From Octopus sinensis (Eukaryota), in assembly GCF_006345805.1 (NCBI RefSeq), contig NC_043005.1, forward strand, positions 47,368,001-47,432,000: a DNA stretch of 64,000 bases, given 5' to 3'. The notes beneath the pieces are model-generated. The model did no database searches. It saw nothing but the letters and a program-made list of their open reading frames with translations, and had not been told where the DNA came from. Position numbers and translations under genes: made by a program. Shown in pieces: positions 12,378 to 26,261 of the stretch. The stretch's first letter is position 1. The number at the start of each line of letters is the position of its first letter.

Positions 12378-12714
12378 ACACACATATTTTATATTATGTA
12401 TAAATTTATATATATATATATAGTATATATATATTTTAACATATATATTATATATAACTTTATATGTAAAAATTGCATGTATATGTTTGTGTGTGTATGT
12501 ATACATATTGATATATATATGTGTGTGTGTGCATAACAGATGTTAAAAGATGATGATGATGAATGATGATGATATACATACATATACACATATGTATATA
12601 ATATAAATATATTAGTATGTATATTGCTGTATCTCAGAAGTCATTATGTCAAGAATGCTAAAATGAAATGTGTATATATTGGCATATATATTCTTCTATT
12701 CTCTTTTACTCTTT

Positions 12715-13100
12715 TACTTGTTTCAGTCATTTGACTGTGGCCATGCTGGAGCACTGCCTTTAATCGAGCAACTCAATCCCGGGACTTATTCTTTTGTAAG
12801 CCCAGTACTTATTCTATTGGTCTCTTTTGCCCAACCGCTAAGTAACGGGGACATAAACACACCAGCATCGGTTGTCAAGCAATGCTAGGGGGACAAACAG
12901 AGACACACAAACACACACACGCATATTTATACATATATACGACGGGCTTCTTTCAGTTTCTGTCTACCAAATCCACTCACAAGGCTTTGGTCGGCCCGAG
13001 GCTATAGTAGAAGACACTTGCCCAGGTGCCATGCAGTGGGATTGAACCCGGAACCATGTGGTTGGTAAACAAACTACTTACCACACAGCCACTCCTGTGC
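12715..13100 (-). mobile_element. SINE family C (tRNA head + CORE-like gggcaagtgtcttctactatagcc + CR1-like tail)
   Basis: Full-length copy with internal (TA)/(GT) microsatellite and tail ggcagtgctccagcatggccacagtcaaatgactgaaac. Confidence 0.9.
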
Positions 13101-13150
13101 CTATATATATATATACGTTTGTGTATATTTGAATGTGCATATGCATATAC

Positions 13151-13195
<45 letters not shown>

Positions 13196-13224
13196 TATGT
13201 ATATATATGCTTTATCTTCTATTT

Positions 13225-13620
13225 GTTTCAGTTATTAGGCTGTGACCATGCCATGGCACCACGTTGAAGAATTTTAGTTGAATGAATTGAACCAAGAACT
13301 TATTATTTTTTAAGCCTGTAACTTATTCTATCAGTCTTTTTTTTTTGCCATACTACTAAGTTATAGGGATGTAAACACACCGACACTGGTTGTCAAATGG
13401 TGGTGAGGACAAACCCAGGAACAAGACACACACACATACACACACCCATATATATATATATATATATACATGACAGGCTTCTTTCAGTTTCCATCAACCA
13501 AAACCACTCACAAGGCTTTGGTCAGCCTGCGGCTACAGTAGAAGACACTTACCCAAAATGTCATGCGTTAGGACTGAACCCAGAACCATGTTGCTGGTGA
13601 GCAAACTTCTTAGCATACAG
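13225..13620 (-). mobile_element. SINE family C
   Basis: Same architecture as 12715-13100, in tandem with it. Confidence 0.85.
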
Positions 13621-13749
13621 CCAAAATTGTACTTGCTGTGTATCTATATCTATGTGTGCATTAGAGATACTATATGTATAGATATATATATTATGTAACC
13701 TATTAAAATATATGCATGTGTGTGTGTGTTTATAATTTGCATAGGAATG

Positions 13750-13789
<40 letters not shown>

Positions 13790-14864
13790 ACATAATATTC
13801 TATGCTTTAACATTTATAGACACATGTACACACACACTCACACATAATTTTCACCCTCTTATACATATACATGAGAAGTAATAAGGGAAGAGTAAAATAT
13901 TTTAAATGAATTCCAATTAAAATATTTTAAAATTACATTTTCGTTTTAGTTCGGCTGTTTTATTTTAAATAACACATTTCTTTTTTTTTTTTTCCTTCTT
14001 GAGAATTCCTTTTTCAATCTACTTTATCTTCATTTTAAAATCATTGTTATTATTCATGTGAAAATTGCATTCCTCATTACTACTGGCTGCAAGTGTTACA
14101 TAAAAATAAGAATGGTCAGCTAGGAAGTATGTGAGCTATTCATAGTGTGTAGAGTAATGTGGTCAGTAGCAAGCCAGTGTGACATCACTGGGCAAGAGGC
14201 AGTGGAATGTTGTTGGTTTTCTTTCTAGTTTAGATTTTCACATACTACCTGTGCTGCTCAGTAATTTCTATCGAAACGGATTTAGATTTTAATTTGAAAA
14301 CTGGTTATTAAAAGGTCAACTAGTTGGCTTTGCTATGTGATCATTGTGTCATTCATAAAAGGCTTAGATATTTCAACTTTCTGGATTTTCGTATGGCCCC
14401 TGGTCATCATGGTGTGAAATTGTCAACCCAGTATGATAGCAAAACTAGTAAATATTCAGCAAGCTGACCATTCCCTCTCCACCATTCCATTGGCATAGTG
14501 GCTGCAGCTGCTGCCCAGTCATTCACAGTGCAAGGAAGTTAATTTGACCACTGGTCACTATGGCTGAAATGGTCAGCTAGACATCAGGTTATGCATAGAC
14601 ATTCTTCTGGTCTGGATTACCATGCTAGTTCATCCCTAATCAATATTTGTTTCTCATCCCTTTCATATTTCTTCACTCTTCTTGTTATTCTTGTACAAGT
14701 CCAGAGTGTCTGTGGAATGGTCAGTGTGTCTACTGAATGGTAGTAGCGAGGTAAATTGTTACTATATTACTATAGCTGTTTCATTACTATTAAATGTTCA
14801 GTGTGAAGCACTCTGAATAATCAAGGAAAGACTGCATTCCTTTTCAGCAGACAGACAGTCACAC

Positions 14865-14896
14865 ACCACACGCACACACACACACACACAGACGCA

Positions 14897-14952
<56 letters not shown>

Positions 14953-15262
14953 CCACAAAAGTCTATGTGTGTATATATATGCATACATATATGTATGTAA
15001 GTATATATGCATTTTAATGTGTACATACATACAGAGAAGCACACACACACATACACACACAGACATATATAAATGTGTATACATACATATATATAGATAG
15101 ATAGGTATAGATATATACATACATACATACATACATACATACATACATACATACATACATACATACACACACACACATACATACATACACACACACATAC
15201 ATACATACATACATACATACATACATACATACATACATACATACATACATGCATGCATGCAT
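14865..15262. repeat. (CA)n and (CATA)n microsatellites
   Basis: Direct reading. Confidence 0.95.
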
Positions 15263-15276
15263 ATAATTTAGTCATA

Positions 15277-15440
15277 GGCACAGGTGTGGCTGAGTGGGTA
15301 AGAAATTTGCTTCCCACCACATAGTTTTGGAATCAGTTCCATAGCATGGCACCTGGAGCAAGTCTCTTCTACTACTCTGGGCTCAGGCTAACCAAAAGAC
15401 TTGTGAGTGGATTTGGTAGATAGGTGCTTGTGTCTATATA
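15277..15440 (+). mobile_element. SINE family C, 5' part
   Basis: ggcacaggtgtggctgagtgggtaagaaatttgcttccc..gtgagtggatttggtaga. Confidence 0.8.
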
Positions 15441-15445
15441 TATAT

Positions 15446-15479
<34 letters not shown>

Positions 15480-15639
15480 CAGAGAGAGATAAATAGACAG
15501 ATGGACAGACGGATGGACGGATAGATCATTATCATTTTTATCTTCATCATTTTATACGTGTATCACATGCTGATATGAGGTGAATATTTCTAAAGACTGG
15601 TACTTCTAAATGTGATTTGAATATTATTCTATGATTCAA

Positions 15640-15850
15640 GGCAGAAAGCCTGCAGAATTGTTAGAACGTCAGACAAAATGCTAAGTAGCATTTTGTCCAT
15701 CTTTACACTTTGAGTTCAATTTCATCAAGGCTGACTTTACCTTTCATCCTTTTGAGGTTGATAAAAAAGCACATGGGGAGCATTGGGGTTGATGTTTAAG
15801 ACTTAGTCCCTTCCCAAAAACTGCTAGCCTTTTTGCCAAAATTTGAAACC
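15640..15850 (+). mobile_element. SINE family B, diverged
   Basis: ctgcagaattgttagaacgtcagacaaaatgc..gactttacctttcatccttttgaggttgataaaa. Confidence 0.7.
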
Positions 15851-16067
15851 AATATCTCTCTGTGACTGGATGATGTCTCTTCTGTCAACTGCTTTACAAA
15901 ATATACCTACCATATTTTTGGATAGTGTCAACTCTAGAGGGGTTGAATACTTATCAACAAAGAAGAACTATATGTACCACACAGCTCTACACTTCTGCAC
16001 ATGTATCAACCACATTGAGTGTAAATTGTTTTTCCTGGAAGCAGCAACAAACAAATTGTCAGATTTG

Positions 16068-16099
<32 letters not shown>

Positions 16100-16206
16100 A
16101 TGTTTACATGCATAGACATATATATATGTCTATGCATGTATATATATATATCTATGCATATATATATATATATATGTTTATCATCATCATCATCATCATC
16201 ATCATC

Positions 16207-16345
16207 ACGGAGGCAACGACCAAGACCTTTTGGCATTATGTCATGCTCAAGAAGAAGACCCATCAAGCCAAGCAAAATCGCAATCATGGCAGATAGTGGT
16301 GTCACACAAATGGCACCTGTGCCAGTGACATGTAAAAACACTCAT
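16207..16345 (+). mobile_element. RTE ORF-end/3'UTR-start fragment (another subfamily)
   Basis: LWHYVMLKKKTHQAK, then a single tggcacctgtgccagtgacatgtaaaaacac unit. Confidence 0.6.
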
Positions 16346-16984
16346 TATGATGATAAACATATATATATGCATAGATATATATACATGCATAGACATAAAC
16401 ACGTATATCATATATATGAATATATGTGTGGATGTATGTATGTGCATGTGTGAGTAAATATATATATATATGTGTGTGTATATGTATGTACCTATGTTTA
16501 TACCTTTATATCTATGTGTAAGTGTGTGTTAGCATGCATGCTTGTATCTCTGTTTGCGTGTATATGTGTTATTGTGTGCATATCTGTGTCTGTATGCATG
16601 TTGATATATATGGTGTATATGTTGAATCCTACATATTAGAACTGTAATATAGCCAACCCAGTAGTCTTTCACATACCTGATGCTCTATGAACCAAATTCC
16701 AAACCAACTACTTTCATATATACCAAGACAGTGTTTTAGAAATATCTCATATCTGTGATAGCCATACTCTAGATATGTTTAGATAAACTTCAAAGCTGTT
16801 TTTGATAACATAGGGACTAAAATTACCTGTAGCCACTATGTTATGGACAACACCCTAGATGCTTCTGTAGACCTAGATTTCAGTACTCTCAGCTCGTTGC
16901 AGAGGCCCAATGTAAAGTTTAGATACATAGATAATCTAGTCACCTCCCCCATTTTATAGCTAATATCATTACCACATTTTTGGT

Positions 16985-17170
16985 AAGGCAATGGAGTTGG
17001 CAGAATCATCAGCATGCCAGACAAAATGCTAAATGGCATTTCACCCGTCTTTAAGTTCTGTGTTCAGATTCTGCTGAGATTGTCTTTGCCTTTTACCCTT
17101 TGGATTCAATAAAAATAAGTACCAGTTGAGCACTTGGGTTGATGTAATTGACTATTCCCCTCCTCCAAAA
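16985..17170 (+). mobile_element. SINE family B, diverged
   Basis: ggcaatggagttggcagaatc..gtctttgccttttaccctttggattcaataaaaataagtacc. Confidence 0.7.
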
Positions 17171-17399
17171 TTTCAGCATTATTACTGCATGTTTTAGCTT
17201 TTTTTCTTCTAGAAAATTCTTCAAGTCAGCATCCTTCTACATTAAGAGCTCTAACATATACTTTAACCATTCATGTCCTCAGAATAGATCGAGAACAATA
17301 ATATACTTCACCTCCACATCTACCACACTAAATATTTCAGTTAATGTGAGGAAAAAAGTATCTATCTCTAATAAATAAACATTTCTCTAAGAACCCTAG

Positions 17400-18850
17400 A
17401 TAAAAAAAAATTGATAGGTCTTCAGTGAATTTAAGCTATAGCTGCAGTTCCAACATGAAAATGATAATCTCATGTAAACCTACCCAACTAACCGTTCCAC
17501 ATTGCACATGCAGAAATGTAGAATCTTACCTACTAGATCAGGCATGCAACGTCAAGTCAACAATATCCAAAGCAAAATTATCTGAAGTATACGAAACTGA
17601 GTAGTTGATGAAAAAAGGCTGCTATTGTTATTAGGAATCATCATTCAGTACACTGAAAAAAATAAATATCTAGACATTAGCAATCTGCATAAAGAAACAA
17701 AGGGAAAGGAAAATCGTCAATAGTACTAATAGGAGCCGTGTGTGGATGTACCATTGAGATGCTGCCAATATATAGCAGAAAGAATACACATTCTGCTAAA
17801 TTCAAAAATCTACAACCACTACCTCAATTTTAGAACTGAAATTTTCACCAAATGTATCTACAAATAAAAGTTTATCTTATCCAACTGGAAGATAGCATCT
17901 ACACTAGGATGACTATACTACAATTCACTAGGTCATCAGAACAAACACTACCTAACAGTTAAAAATATTACCCCCTGGTACCTTACAAGAACAAAACTTC
18001 TGGAGCCTGAAATTTCTTGAATGGAATACCGCAAGGATTTGTCTTTTTGCTCATTTTTTTTAACCTATTGATACAAGACATCCCCACACCTCCACAAACA
18101 CATAATATTGTACACAAATGACAGCACACTTACATTCTTTGATCATCCATGTACTGACATACAACAGTTCCAGCCAATCTGAAATTATCAAGGAATCTAG
18201 CCGCACAACACTTGACTTAAAGTAGCAACTGCCTACTTGACAAATCTACCGTGTTGTTTATTACCAACAACACCAGAGAACATCAAACTCCAACTATCTC
18301 ACTCATCACCATAAGCATACCACACAGACAATAATGACAAAAGTACTGGACATCTCACAAGACAAGGTTTAAAACACACATGGACAACATATCAACAATG
18401 CACAAACCTACTGAGAGTGATTACACGTACCGTATTTGCCCAACAGAAAGAAACAACCACAATAGTGCACAAAAAAGATATTAAATGATACATCATATTA
18501 TGCTTTCTCGACCGGTGTTCTAAATCTATTCACAGCAAACAAAAATAAACTTCAAGGAATTCAAAGCAACACAGTATGTATCATTGCAGGTTGTACACAA
18601 GCCACACCCAAAACAAACTACACATGACATAAAAAATAAATAAAAGGACCACCTGGACAAGTGAGGCCATAATATGTGATCGAAGAAGGCTTCAAATATA
18701 CAGTCCCAGTCATTAAATAAATAACCACCATCAAACACCCAGAAAATTTACGACTTTGCAAGGTATTGCTAAAACAGCATCCTATAAATAATATTTCTCT
18801 CACTCAGCTCAGACGAACATAATGAAGACATGCAAACAGCTACAGTATCA
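17400..18850 (+). mobile_element. Degraded I/Nimb/Jockey-like LINE RT relic (may extend to ~16630)
   Basis: NGIPQGFVFLLIFFNLLIQDIPTPP at ~18020, ILYTNDSTL (degenerate YADD), KLQGIQSNTVCIIAGCTQAT. Many stops and frameshifts. Confidence 0.7.
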
Positions 18851-19039
18851 AAAGCCTCAATAGCTCAAAACACTGAGCTAGATTGCACACCACAGGACTT
18901 TTTGCATACCATAGGACTTTTTGAATGATTACACAGGAATGATTGCACAGTAATAACAACAAAATTATTGACTATGAGTCTAACTAGTGCATTTCTTATT
19001 TCCCTGCATATTTTAATCATCTCAATGATCTTTAACAGC

Positions 19040-19790
19040 CCAGCTGCTTTCTTTCCTTATATATTTTTAATTACACTTTCAACCGGATAATTACTGACTT
19101 TCATTGCTGTTGTCTCTGCTTGGTCTATGTAGAGTTGTTCTGTTCTCTCCTCTTCTTGTTTACCAACATCACATTGTAGCATTTTAATGCATCTTTCTTC
19201 TTGGTGTTAGCGACTGCAAGAGTACCGTTGCCATTCACTTTTCTCAAACGACATGTTGATTCACTGAAATTTCTGATACCCACATTACAAAACGTTTGTA
19301 AACTTCTTGCTTTCAGCTTCTCCATCTCTACATATACCTATCTTATCTTCTAGCTACCCAATGTTGTTCCTTTGCTTCCCCTACTCTTCCATTATTTTCC
19401 GACCTGACACTTGGCCCATATGATTCTACCTACAATACTATTCCGACAACATGACACCTTTAGTCTAACAGACCCTTGCTCCATCCACAGATCTAGTTTT
19501 TGTATCACAGCAGTTTGTCTTGTTAAAACATGCATTTGTCCTCTCCTTTATTAGTTCCTATCTCCTTCTCATATGCGCCAAGTAGTACCAATTAAACCTA
19601 TGTTTGATTGCGAGTTCTTTCAGTTACCATATTTTCTAGATTGCTTTGTTCTCTGAGTCAGTCTGGACCTTTTGTATTCACAACCAAGTACCTATCTCGT
19701 TTCTAGTTACAACCATATCTCTCACCGTTTTCTTGGCTGTTCTGTTGTCAGTATGGCTTGCATGTTTTCATAAGTAGAAGGTGATCAGTT
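19040..19790 (-). mobile_element. Old RTE LINE relic (APE-RT linker region)
   Basis: Fragments such as NGNGTLAVANTKKKDALKCYNVMLVNK and DQICGWSKG-like segments align by eye with the 45.6-kb RTE. Confidence 0.6.
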
Positions 19791-20553
19791 GGCATGGGCA
19801 ACTTTATGTAGAGTAATATAAAATAGTATAATAAAATATAGCATATAATATAATGTAATATAACATAAATTAATGTATTGTGCTCTATGGGTTTGCACTA
19901 AATGTGTGTGTGTGTGTGTGTACATGGTAGCAGAGTATACGGACACTATCTGCAGAAAGGTCGCTTATTCTGAAGAGCTCACTGGAACATAACACTTGTT
20001 AAATGATAAAAATGAAACTTTTGGAACCAGTCAACACTCCACTGAATACATCCTAAGATTTTGGTCCCCAACTTCGTGTGTGTGTGTGTGTAATGCAATG
20101 CCTTCGAGCATAATGCGCTCATTGTATATATTACATTTTATTTTTATTTTAGTTTCATTGCTTTTTTTATTTTACCATACACAATCCTCACACTCATATC
20201 ATGAATTCTGGCCAATACCATACAGCAGATTTGTTCTCTTTATATGATCAAACGGTTCTGCAGTATCTGTAGGTGGCACCAGTCATTTTTCTTGTAATGG
20301 CTTCACAAAACCACTGAATGCTGGCACTAGCTTTCATTACCGATCAGGAATCGGAAAATTTCATACCCGTGGCCTGCCAGGGAACTCATAGTATTGTGTG
20401 TGAGTATTCAATTTTTGTATAATATACTTGATATATTCTTCTATTTCCATAATGTTGAGGTATGCTTCTTTGTTGCATATGTATTAAATTGTTATATGTA
20501 TGTGCGTGTGTGTGTGTGTGATACAAAAACACAAGAAATAAATAAGGTCAGCC

Positions 20554-20615
20554 CAATAGAGTTGTGGTGGTCACAAGCATATGGATATATGCTTGTGACC
20601 ACCACAACTCTATTG
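20554..20615. repeat. Perfect 29-bp inverted repeat with a 4-nt loop
   Basis: caatagagttgtggtggtcacaagcatat-ggat-atatgcttgtgaccaccacaactctattg; all 29 pairs checked by hand. Confidence 0.97.
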
Positions 20616-20749
20616 TCTTGCTTGCCAGTCCTCTTATTGAAACGTGGTGCATAAAAAGTCTGTAAATAAATTTTTGTTATCGACAATGGAAGTAGCATCC
20701 ACTGTCCTTTGGGCAGGTATTTGCAGGTCACAAGTTATATGTGTATGGT

Positions 20750-21830
20750 CTTTCACTAATAATCTATCATCTTGGTGGTTTTGTTTTACTCTTCAGGCTG
20801 TATTTCTAACACTTCAATCAGTACATTGTATTTATCATCTAACTTCATATCTTCCATCGTCCTCATGAGAATATGACTAGACTTTCAAGTGACAGGAATG
20901 CGAGTGATTTCCTTCACACGTATTCTACTCTTTATTTTATTTTTTTCATCTTTCTGTTGCTCTAGATGGGTTGTTATGTTAATACATATTGTTTAGGTCC
21001 TCCTCACAGTCGCAATGTTGTAGGATGGTTTTATCGGTTTTGGCTGGAGTAGGTTTCTGACCGATGACTTTTGGAATGAGGTTAGAGCAATCTCCCTTGC
21101 TATTCCTCAGATGTCACTCGATGGTGTTTTGATAAAATAATTTTTTGGTCTGCTGTTATTGTTGCTGTTACTTTTTCCTCTTTACTATTTTACAATTATT
21201 CTAGGCAGAAAAAGTTAAATCAAGTATAATGTTAAAAAGGTTGCATATAAGATTTCCACTTATACATCCCAGCCTCATTACTTGCCTTTTTGCACCCAAG
21301 ATGTGGCAAAGTTACAGAACAGAGTCCAGTTGTCTTTGGAAGTCACGAGAGCTTTCTCACCCAAGCCTCAGTTTTTGAAAATCAATCTTATGCCCCAATA
21401 ATCCATATTCCAAAATTAGTGGCTGTCTCAATACTGTCTCTCAAAACAATACTTTGACCCCTTAAGATTAGTTTGCTTTCTTATTTGGCAAAATGAACCT
21501 ACGTGTGTTTGACGTTGATGATGATTAATATCGTCACACAAACTGTTCAAATTTCTGCTCTAACTTCTATCAAAACATCCTTATTTTTCTATGTTGAATG
21601 TGTGAGTCTTGCTGGGGAATTTAATTTACTCTTATATTTTATTATTTTTATTCTTGTATGGTTATATAAAAAGCATGAAACAGAGAGTATTAAAAAAGTC
21701 GACAACTGAGGAGGAGTCACATTTCTTTTGGTATTTTGTCTTGTACTTATCTCTGTGTGTTTACGTATTTTTCACTTTCACTCGGTGATGTCCTGTACTT
21801 GATAAGTATTTTTTACTGAGGCAATGACAT
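20750..21830 (-). mobile_element. Possible very old LINE (RTEX-like) endonuclease relic
   Basis: Only faint protein-like similarity, with many stops. Confidence 0.25.
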
Positions 21831-22037
21831 ACACAGCTGTCTAAATATCCTTCTCAGAAAAAATATAGATGTGTATATTTGTCAACAGAGTGGCGACTGC
21901 TCTCTGTTACTGGATGCTTTTTTTCAGCTTCAATAACAAAGAGTAGTCATGTTATATAACCACACTGTTATGTAATTTCCAGTTAACCAGTTGTAAAGAT
22001 TGACTGAAATGGATCCCATAATATTGTACAGCTTGAT

Positions 22038-22068
<31 letters not shown>

Positions 22069-22595
22069 GTATGCGTGTATGTATGTGTGTGTGTGTGTGT
22101 GTGTGTGCGTACATGTATCCAAGTAGAGTCACGAGGAACACAAATCAGATATAAAACAGAACAATCAACAAGAGTCCAACATCAATATAATTGCAATGTG
22201 AAGAAAGAACGCAAGAGAAGGAAATGTTTTAGATAGTTATCCTTCAGCAAGAGCAGAAGATATGGAGAATGAGCAATGAAGAAAGTTGACTAACAAAAGA
22301 AAAACCCCACCGACTGTAGTTGAATAATTTGATGAAAAAGTAGAACAGAAGTGGGTAGGATGAAATGTTTAGAATTGCAGTTAACAACTAAAAGAGAACT
22401 AGGGGAGATAATCAGGGTATGTTTGGAGAGAAAAGGAGATGTGGGCATGTGGTCGTGCCTGTGTATATGTCCTACAAAATAGATGTTAACAAAAAATGTC
22501 AATATAATAAACAGAGCCAAGATGTGTGAATGGAACAAAAATACTGTCATTTTGTAGAAGGGAGATAGTGCAGAGTGTGTGTGTGTGCGTGTGTG

Positions 22596-22978
22596 GGAGC
22601 ACTCCGTCGGTTACGACGACGAGGGTTCCGGTTGATCTGAATCAACGGAACAGCCTGCACGTGAAATTAATGTGTAAGTGGCTGAGCACTCCACAGACAC
22701 GTGTACCCTTAACATAGTTCTTGGGGATATTCAGCGTGACACAGAGAGTGACAAGGCCAGCCCTTTGAAATACAGGTACAACAGAAACAGGAAGTAAGAG
22801 TGAGAGAATGTTGTGGTGAAAGAGTACAGCAGGGATCACCACCATTCCCCGCTGGAGCCTCGTGGAGCTTTTAGGTGTTTTCGCTCAATAAACACTCACA
22901 ACGCCCAGTCTGGGAATCGAAACCGCGATCCTATGACCGCGAGTCCGCTGCCCTAACCACTGGGCCATTGCGCCTCCA
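22596..22978 (-). mobile_element. tRNA-derived SINE (family A)
   Basis: Near-identical to 7608-7994. Confidence 0.9.
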
Positions 22979-23511
22979 CGTGTGCATGTGTGTGTGTGAG
23001 AAAGTGTATTGATATGACTGTAAAGTGCATGAGAGGAAGATTATCAGATTGTAGAAGTGTTTTAAGGAGCGATAGTGCTTTTAGAGAAAGGGTAGCACAT
23101 GCTACATGTAGTAAATGGAAATAAAAGTTTTGTGATATTGTACAGTGCTGTAAATGGTGGGATACGGATAGGAGTGACTTGGAGAGTTGATGTGATAGGA
23201 AATGGGCCTGAATAATCTGGTGCTATTGTATTGAATGTCCAAAAATTGGCCAATCATCGATCACTTTCCACAATAGGCAAATACCGCTGTTATTTCTATC
23301 ATTAAAGATTCAGGTGAAAACAGTTGTATCCACTCCACTGCCAACCGTTTTCCTTCCTCACTTATCTATCATTCCTGCCCCCTCTACCCTATTCAGTGCA
23401 CCATGCTACGGAAATAACAACTCTTTCAATACAACTGCCATAAATCCAACTTCTATATTTCTGGAACATCTTTTCTTTTGATTTTAACATCATCTCAATT
23501 TGGGTGATTTT

Positions 23512-23675
23512 CATCATCATCATCATCATCATTGTTTAACGTCCGCTTTCCATGCTAGCATGGGTTGGACGGTTCAACTGGGGTCTGGGGAGCCCGAAGG
23601 CTGCACCAGGCCAGTCAGATCTGGCAGTGTTTCTACAGCTGGATGCCCTTCCTAATGCCAACCACTCCGAGAGTT
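23512..23675 (-). mobile_element. RTE 3'-tail copy
   Basis: (cat)n-tttaacgtccgctttccatgctagcatgggttggacgg...ggatgcccttcctaatgccaaccactccg. Confidence 0.85.
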
Positions 23676-25194
23676 CGGAATTCCTTCATCCATTGCCATA
23701 TTCTGTTTGCATTCTTTGACAGCACCATTCCTGTTACAACAGTAGCACCTTATTCAGAACATCACCTTTCTTAGCTCATCCTTCTTTTCCATCAATGTTT
23801 CACATGTTCTCTAAAACTTCATCTATTGCATAAAAATAACAATTCTGTGTTCTGTACTGGGAGGCTGGGCGTAAACTAGTTGATCATTTTGTGAAAGACT
23901 TGTTGGACTTTCTATGTAATAACTCGGATCCCTCAGGGCTATGCCCGATAATTTTAATTCCTCAAGTGTCTCGATATTTGTGGCGTTTGACAACATTTCT
24001 CCCATCCCCAGTCTCTTGCTTGCAATGTGAACATCAATTAACTTACCAGTTAAACACTACTACACCAAGTGGGATTAATAATCAAGTTGCCTTTCTCTGA
24101 AAACACTGCTTTTTCAAATAAAACCACTTCATACATGTACGCTTTCAAAAGGGATCCATACTTAGTCCCCTCCTCCTCATTCCACACACATTTAGGCAGT
24201 GCACTGCTCATCAACCACACACTGACACTGCCACACAGACAAACAACATTATGCTTTATTCGCTACCCACACATCAATGCAGCTCATTCACATTTATCCC
24301 CCAGAATATATACACACAATCAAACATACCCTGCAAAGCATAAATAATACACTTCATAGCATGCTTTATCTTGTTTATCCCACTTAGCTTTTGCTTCATC
24401 TTTTTTTTTTTGTTTTTTGTGCTGTAAACCATCATTCTATGCATTTCCACTCTGCTCACTTTGTCCTAACATACAGAATGCTGCTTTTCTGGGATAAACA
24501 TTTTTTTCGTTTCTTTTCAGTTTTCCATTCTTGACGAAGAGCAACTGTCCAAAATATTAAATTCTCTTTTTCACTGTTTACAGTATAATATTTATATTAC
24601 ATTTATATAATGCCATTTGAGAATGCATGAGGATCAGACAGACAGAGAAACAAAGAATTTTATGTATATATAGATGAAACAAAATACATATTGACACTCA
24701 TGGTGTCTGATATTATTACCTTGTAAAATTTGATTTGATTTGGTCGAGCTATTTGGTAATGCATAGAGAACAGACAGACAGGGGGGGGGGCAAAGAATTT
24801 TATAATTATAGATAAATGTTTATATTATATTTTGTTCTTTCCATTGTTCTTGTTTTCTTTTGACTGTACTTGAATATTGTTTCTTTCGTTTAGCATCCGT
24901 TTATATGTATATATATATATATATGCACATGTATGTATGTTTGGATGTATGTATGTATGTGTGTGTAGGGGGTTATACATTTTCTTTGCAACTTTAAAGT
25001 TGTACATCAGTTGTGCATACTGTAGAATTAAATATGTGAAAAGTATAAATGCAAGTGTTTGTTATATTTATATATATATATTCATTCTTGAGATTGTTGA
25101 TATTCTGTACATGTGCCATCATTACTTATACAGACCATGATGCCAATCTGAAATTTTAAAATTATGTTTTGTAGCTGATTTACTGTTATTCTTT

Positions 25195-25580
25195 GGTAAG
25201 TAGCTTGCTTACCAACCACATGGTTCTGGGTTCAGTCCCACTGCGTGGCACTTTAGGCAAGTGTCTTCTACTATAGCCTCGGGCCAACCAAAGCCTTGTG
25301 AGTGGATTTGGTTGATGGAAACTGAAAGAAGCCCATCGTATATATGCATATATATATATATGTATGTGTGTGTATATGTTTGTGTGTCTGTGTTTGTCCT
25401 CACAACATTGCTTGACAACTGATGCTGGTGTGTTTACGTCCCCACAACTTAGCAGCTCAAAAAAAGAGACCGATATAATAAGTACTAAGCTTACAAAGAA
25501 TAAGTCCTGGGGTCGATTTGCTCAACTAAAGATGGTGCTACAGCATGGCCACAGTCACATGACTGAAACAAGTAAAAGAT
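25195..25580 (+). mobile_element. SINE family C
   Basis: ggtaagtagcttgcttaccaaccacatgg..catggccacagtcacatgactgaaacaagtaaaag. Confidence 0.88.
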
Positions 25581-25839
25581 TACATTGGTTATCCTAACAA
25601 TAGTTTAATGGAATAAACAAATTTTGCATGTCCCTACAAAATAAAATTGAATAAATCATTACATTTTGAAGCTATCAATTATAATATAACCCTTCAATCG
25701 ATGACGATATATTTATAACTGGCTTCATAATGTTTAAAAAGGTTATTCCTATTGTAGATTGACCTCAAGTCACAAAACTTCAAAAGTCAGAATTTTAAAA
25801 TTGCACAGTGGTGTTATAATAAGCCAGTATAAGTGTGTA

Positions 25840-26180
25840 GTGAAGGTGCATGTCTCAGTGGTTAGAGCATCAAGCTTACGATCGTAATGTTGTGAGTTCG
25901 AATCCTGGACCAGGCTGTGTGTTGTGTTCTTGAGCAAGACACTTCATTTCCCGTTGCTCCAGTTCACTCAGCTGTAGAAATGAGTTGTGATGTCACAGTT
26001 GCCAAGCTGTATCAACCTTTGCCTTTTCCTTGGATAACATTGGTGGCATGGAGAGGGGAGGCAGGTATGCATGGGCGACTGCTGGTCTTCCATAAACAAA
26101 CTTGATTGGACTTGTGCCTGGGAGGGTAACTTTCTAGATGCAATCCCAGGGTCAGTCATGACCGAAGGGGGTCTCAGAGG
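25840..26180 (+). mobile_element. tRNA-derived CORE-like SINE with 10-bp TSD
   Basis: tRNA head with gagttcgaatcc B box; CORE-like ttgtgttcttgagcaagacacttcattt..cactcagctgtagaaatg; TSD taagtgtgta at 25830-25839 and 26181-26190. Confidence 0.85.
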
Positions 26181-26261
26181 TAAGTGTGTATAGTGTGTTG
26201 CATCGAGACCACCATTATTTTATCAATACAACACACACTATTATATTATAATCTATAAAGG

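Noticed and set aside
15985-16034. Minus-strand EKQFTLNVVDT resembling a small-GTPase exon
   Set aside because: In-frame stop after 15 codons, no good donor site, and no DTAG motif.
23260-24060. Additional old RTE RT relic on the minus strand
   Set aside because: Similarity too faint to support by eye.
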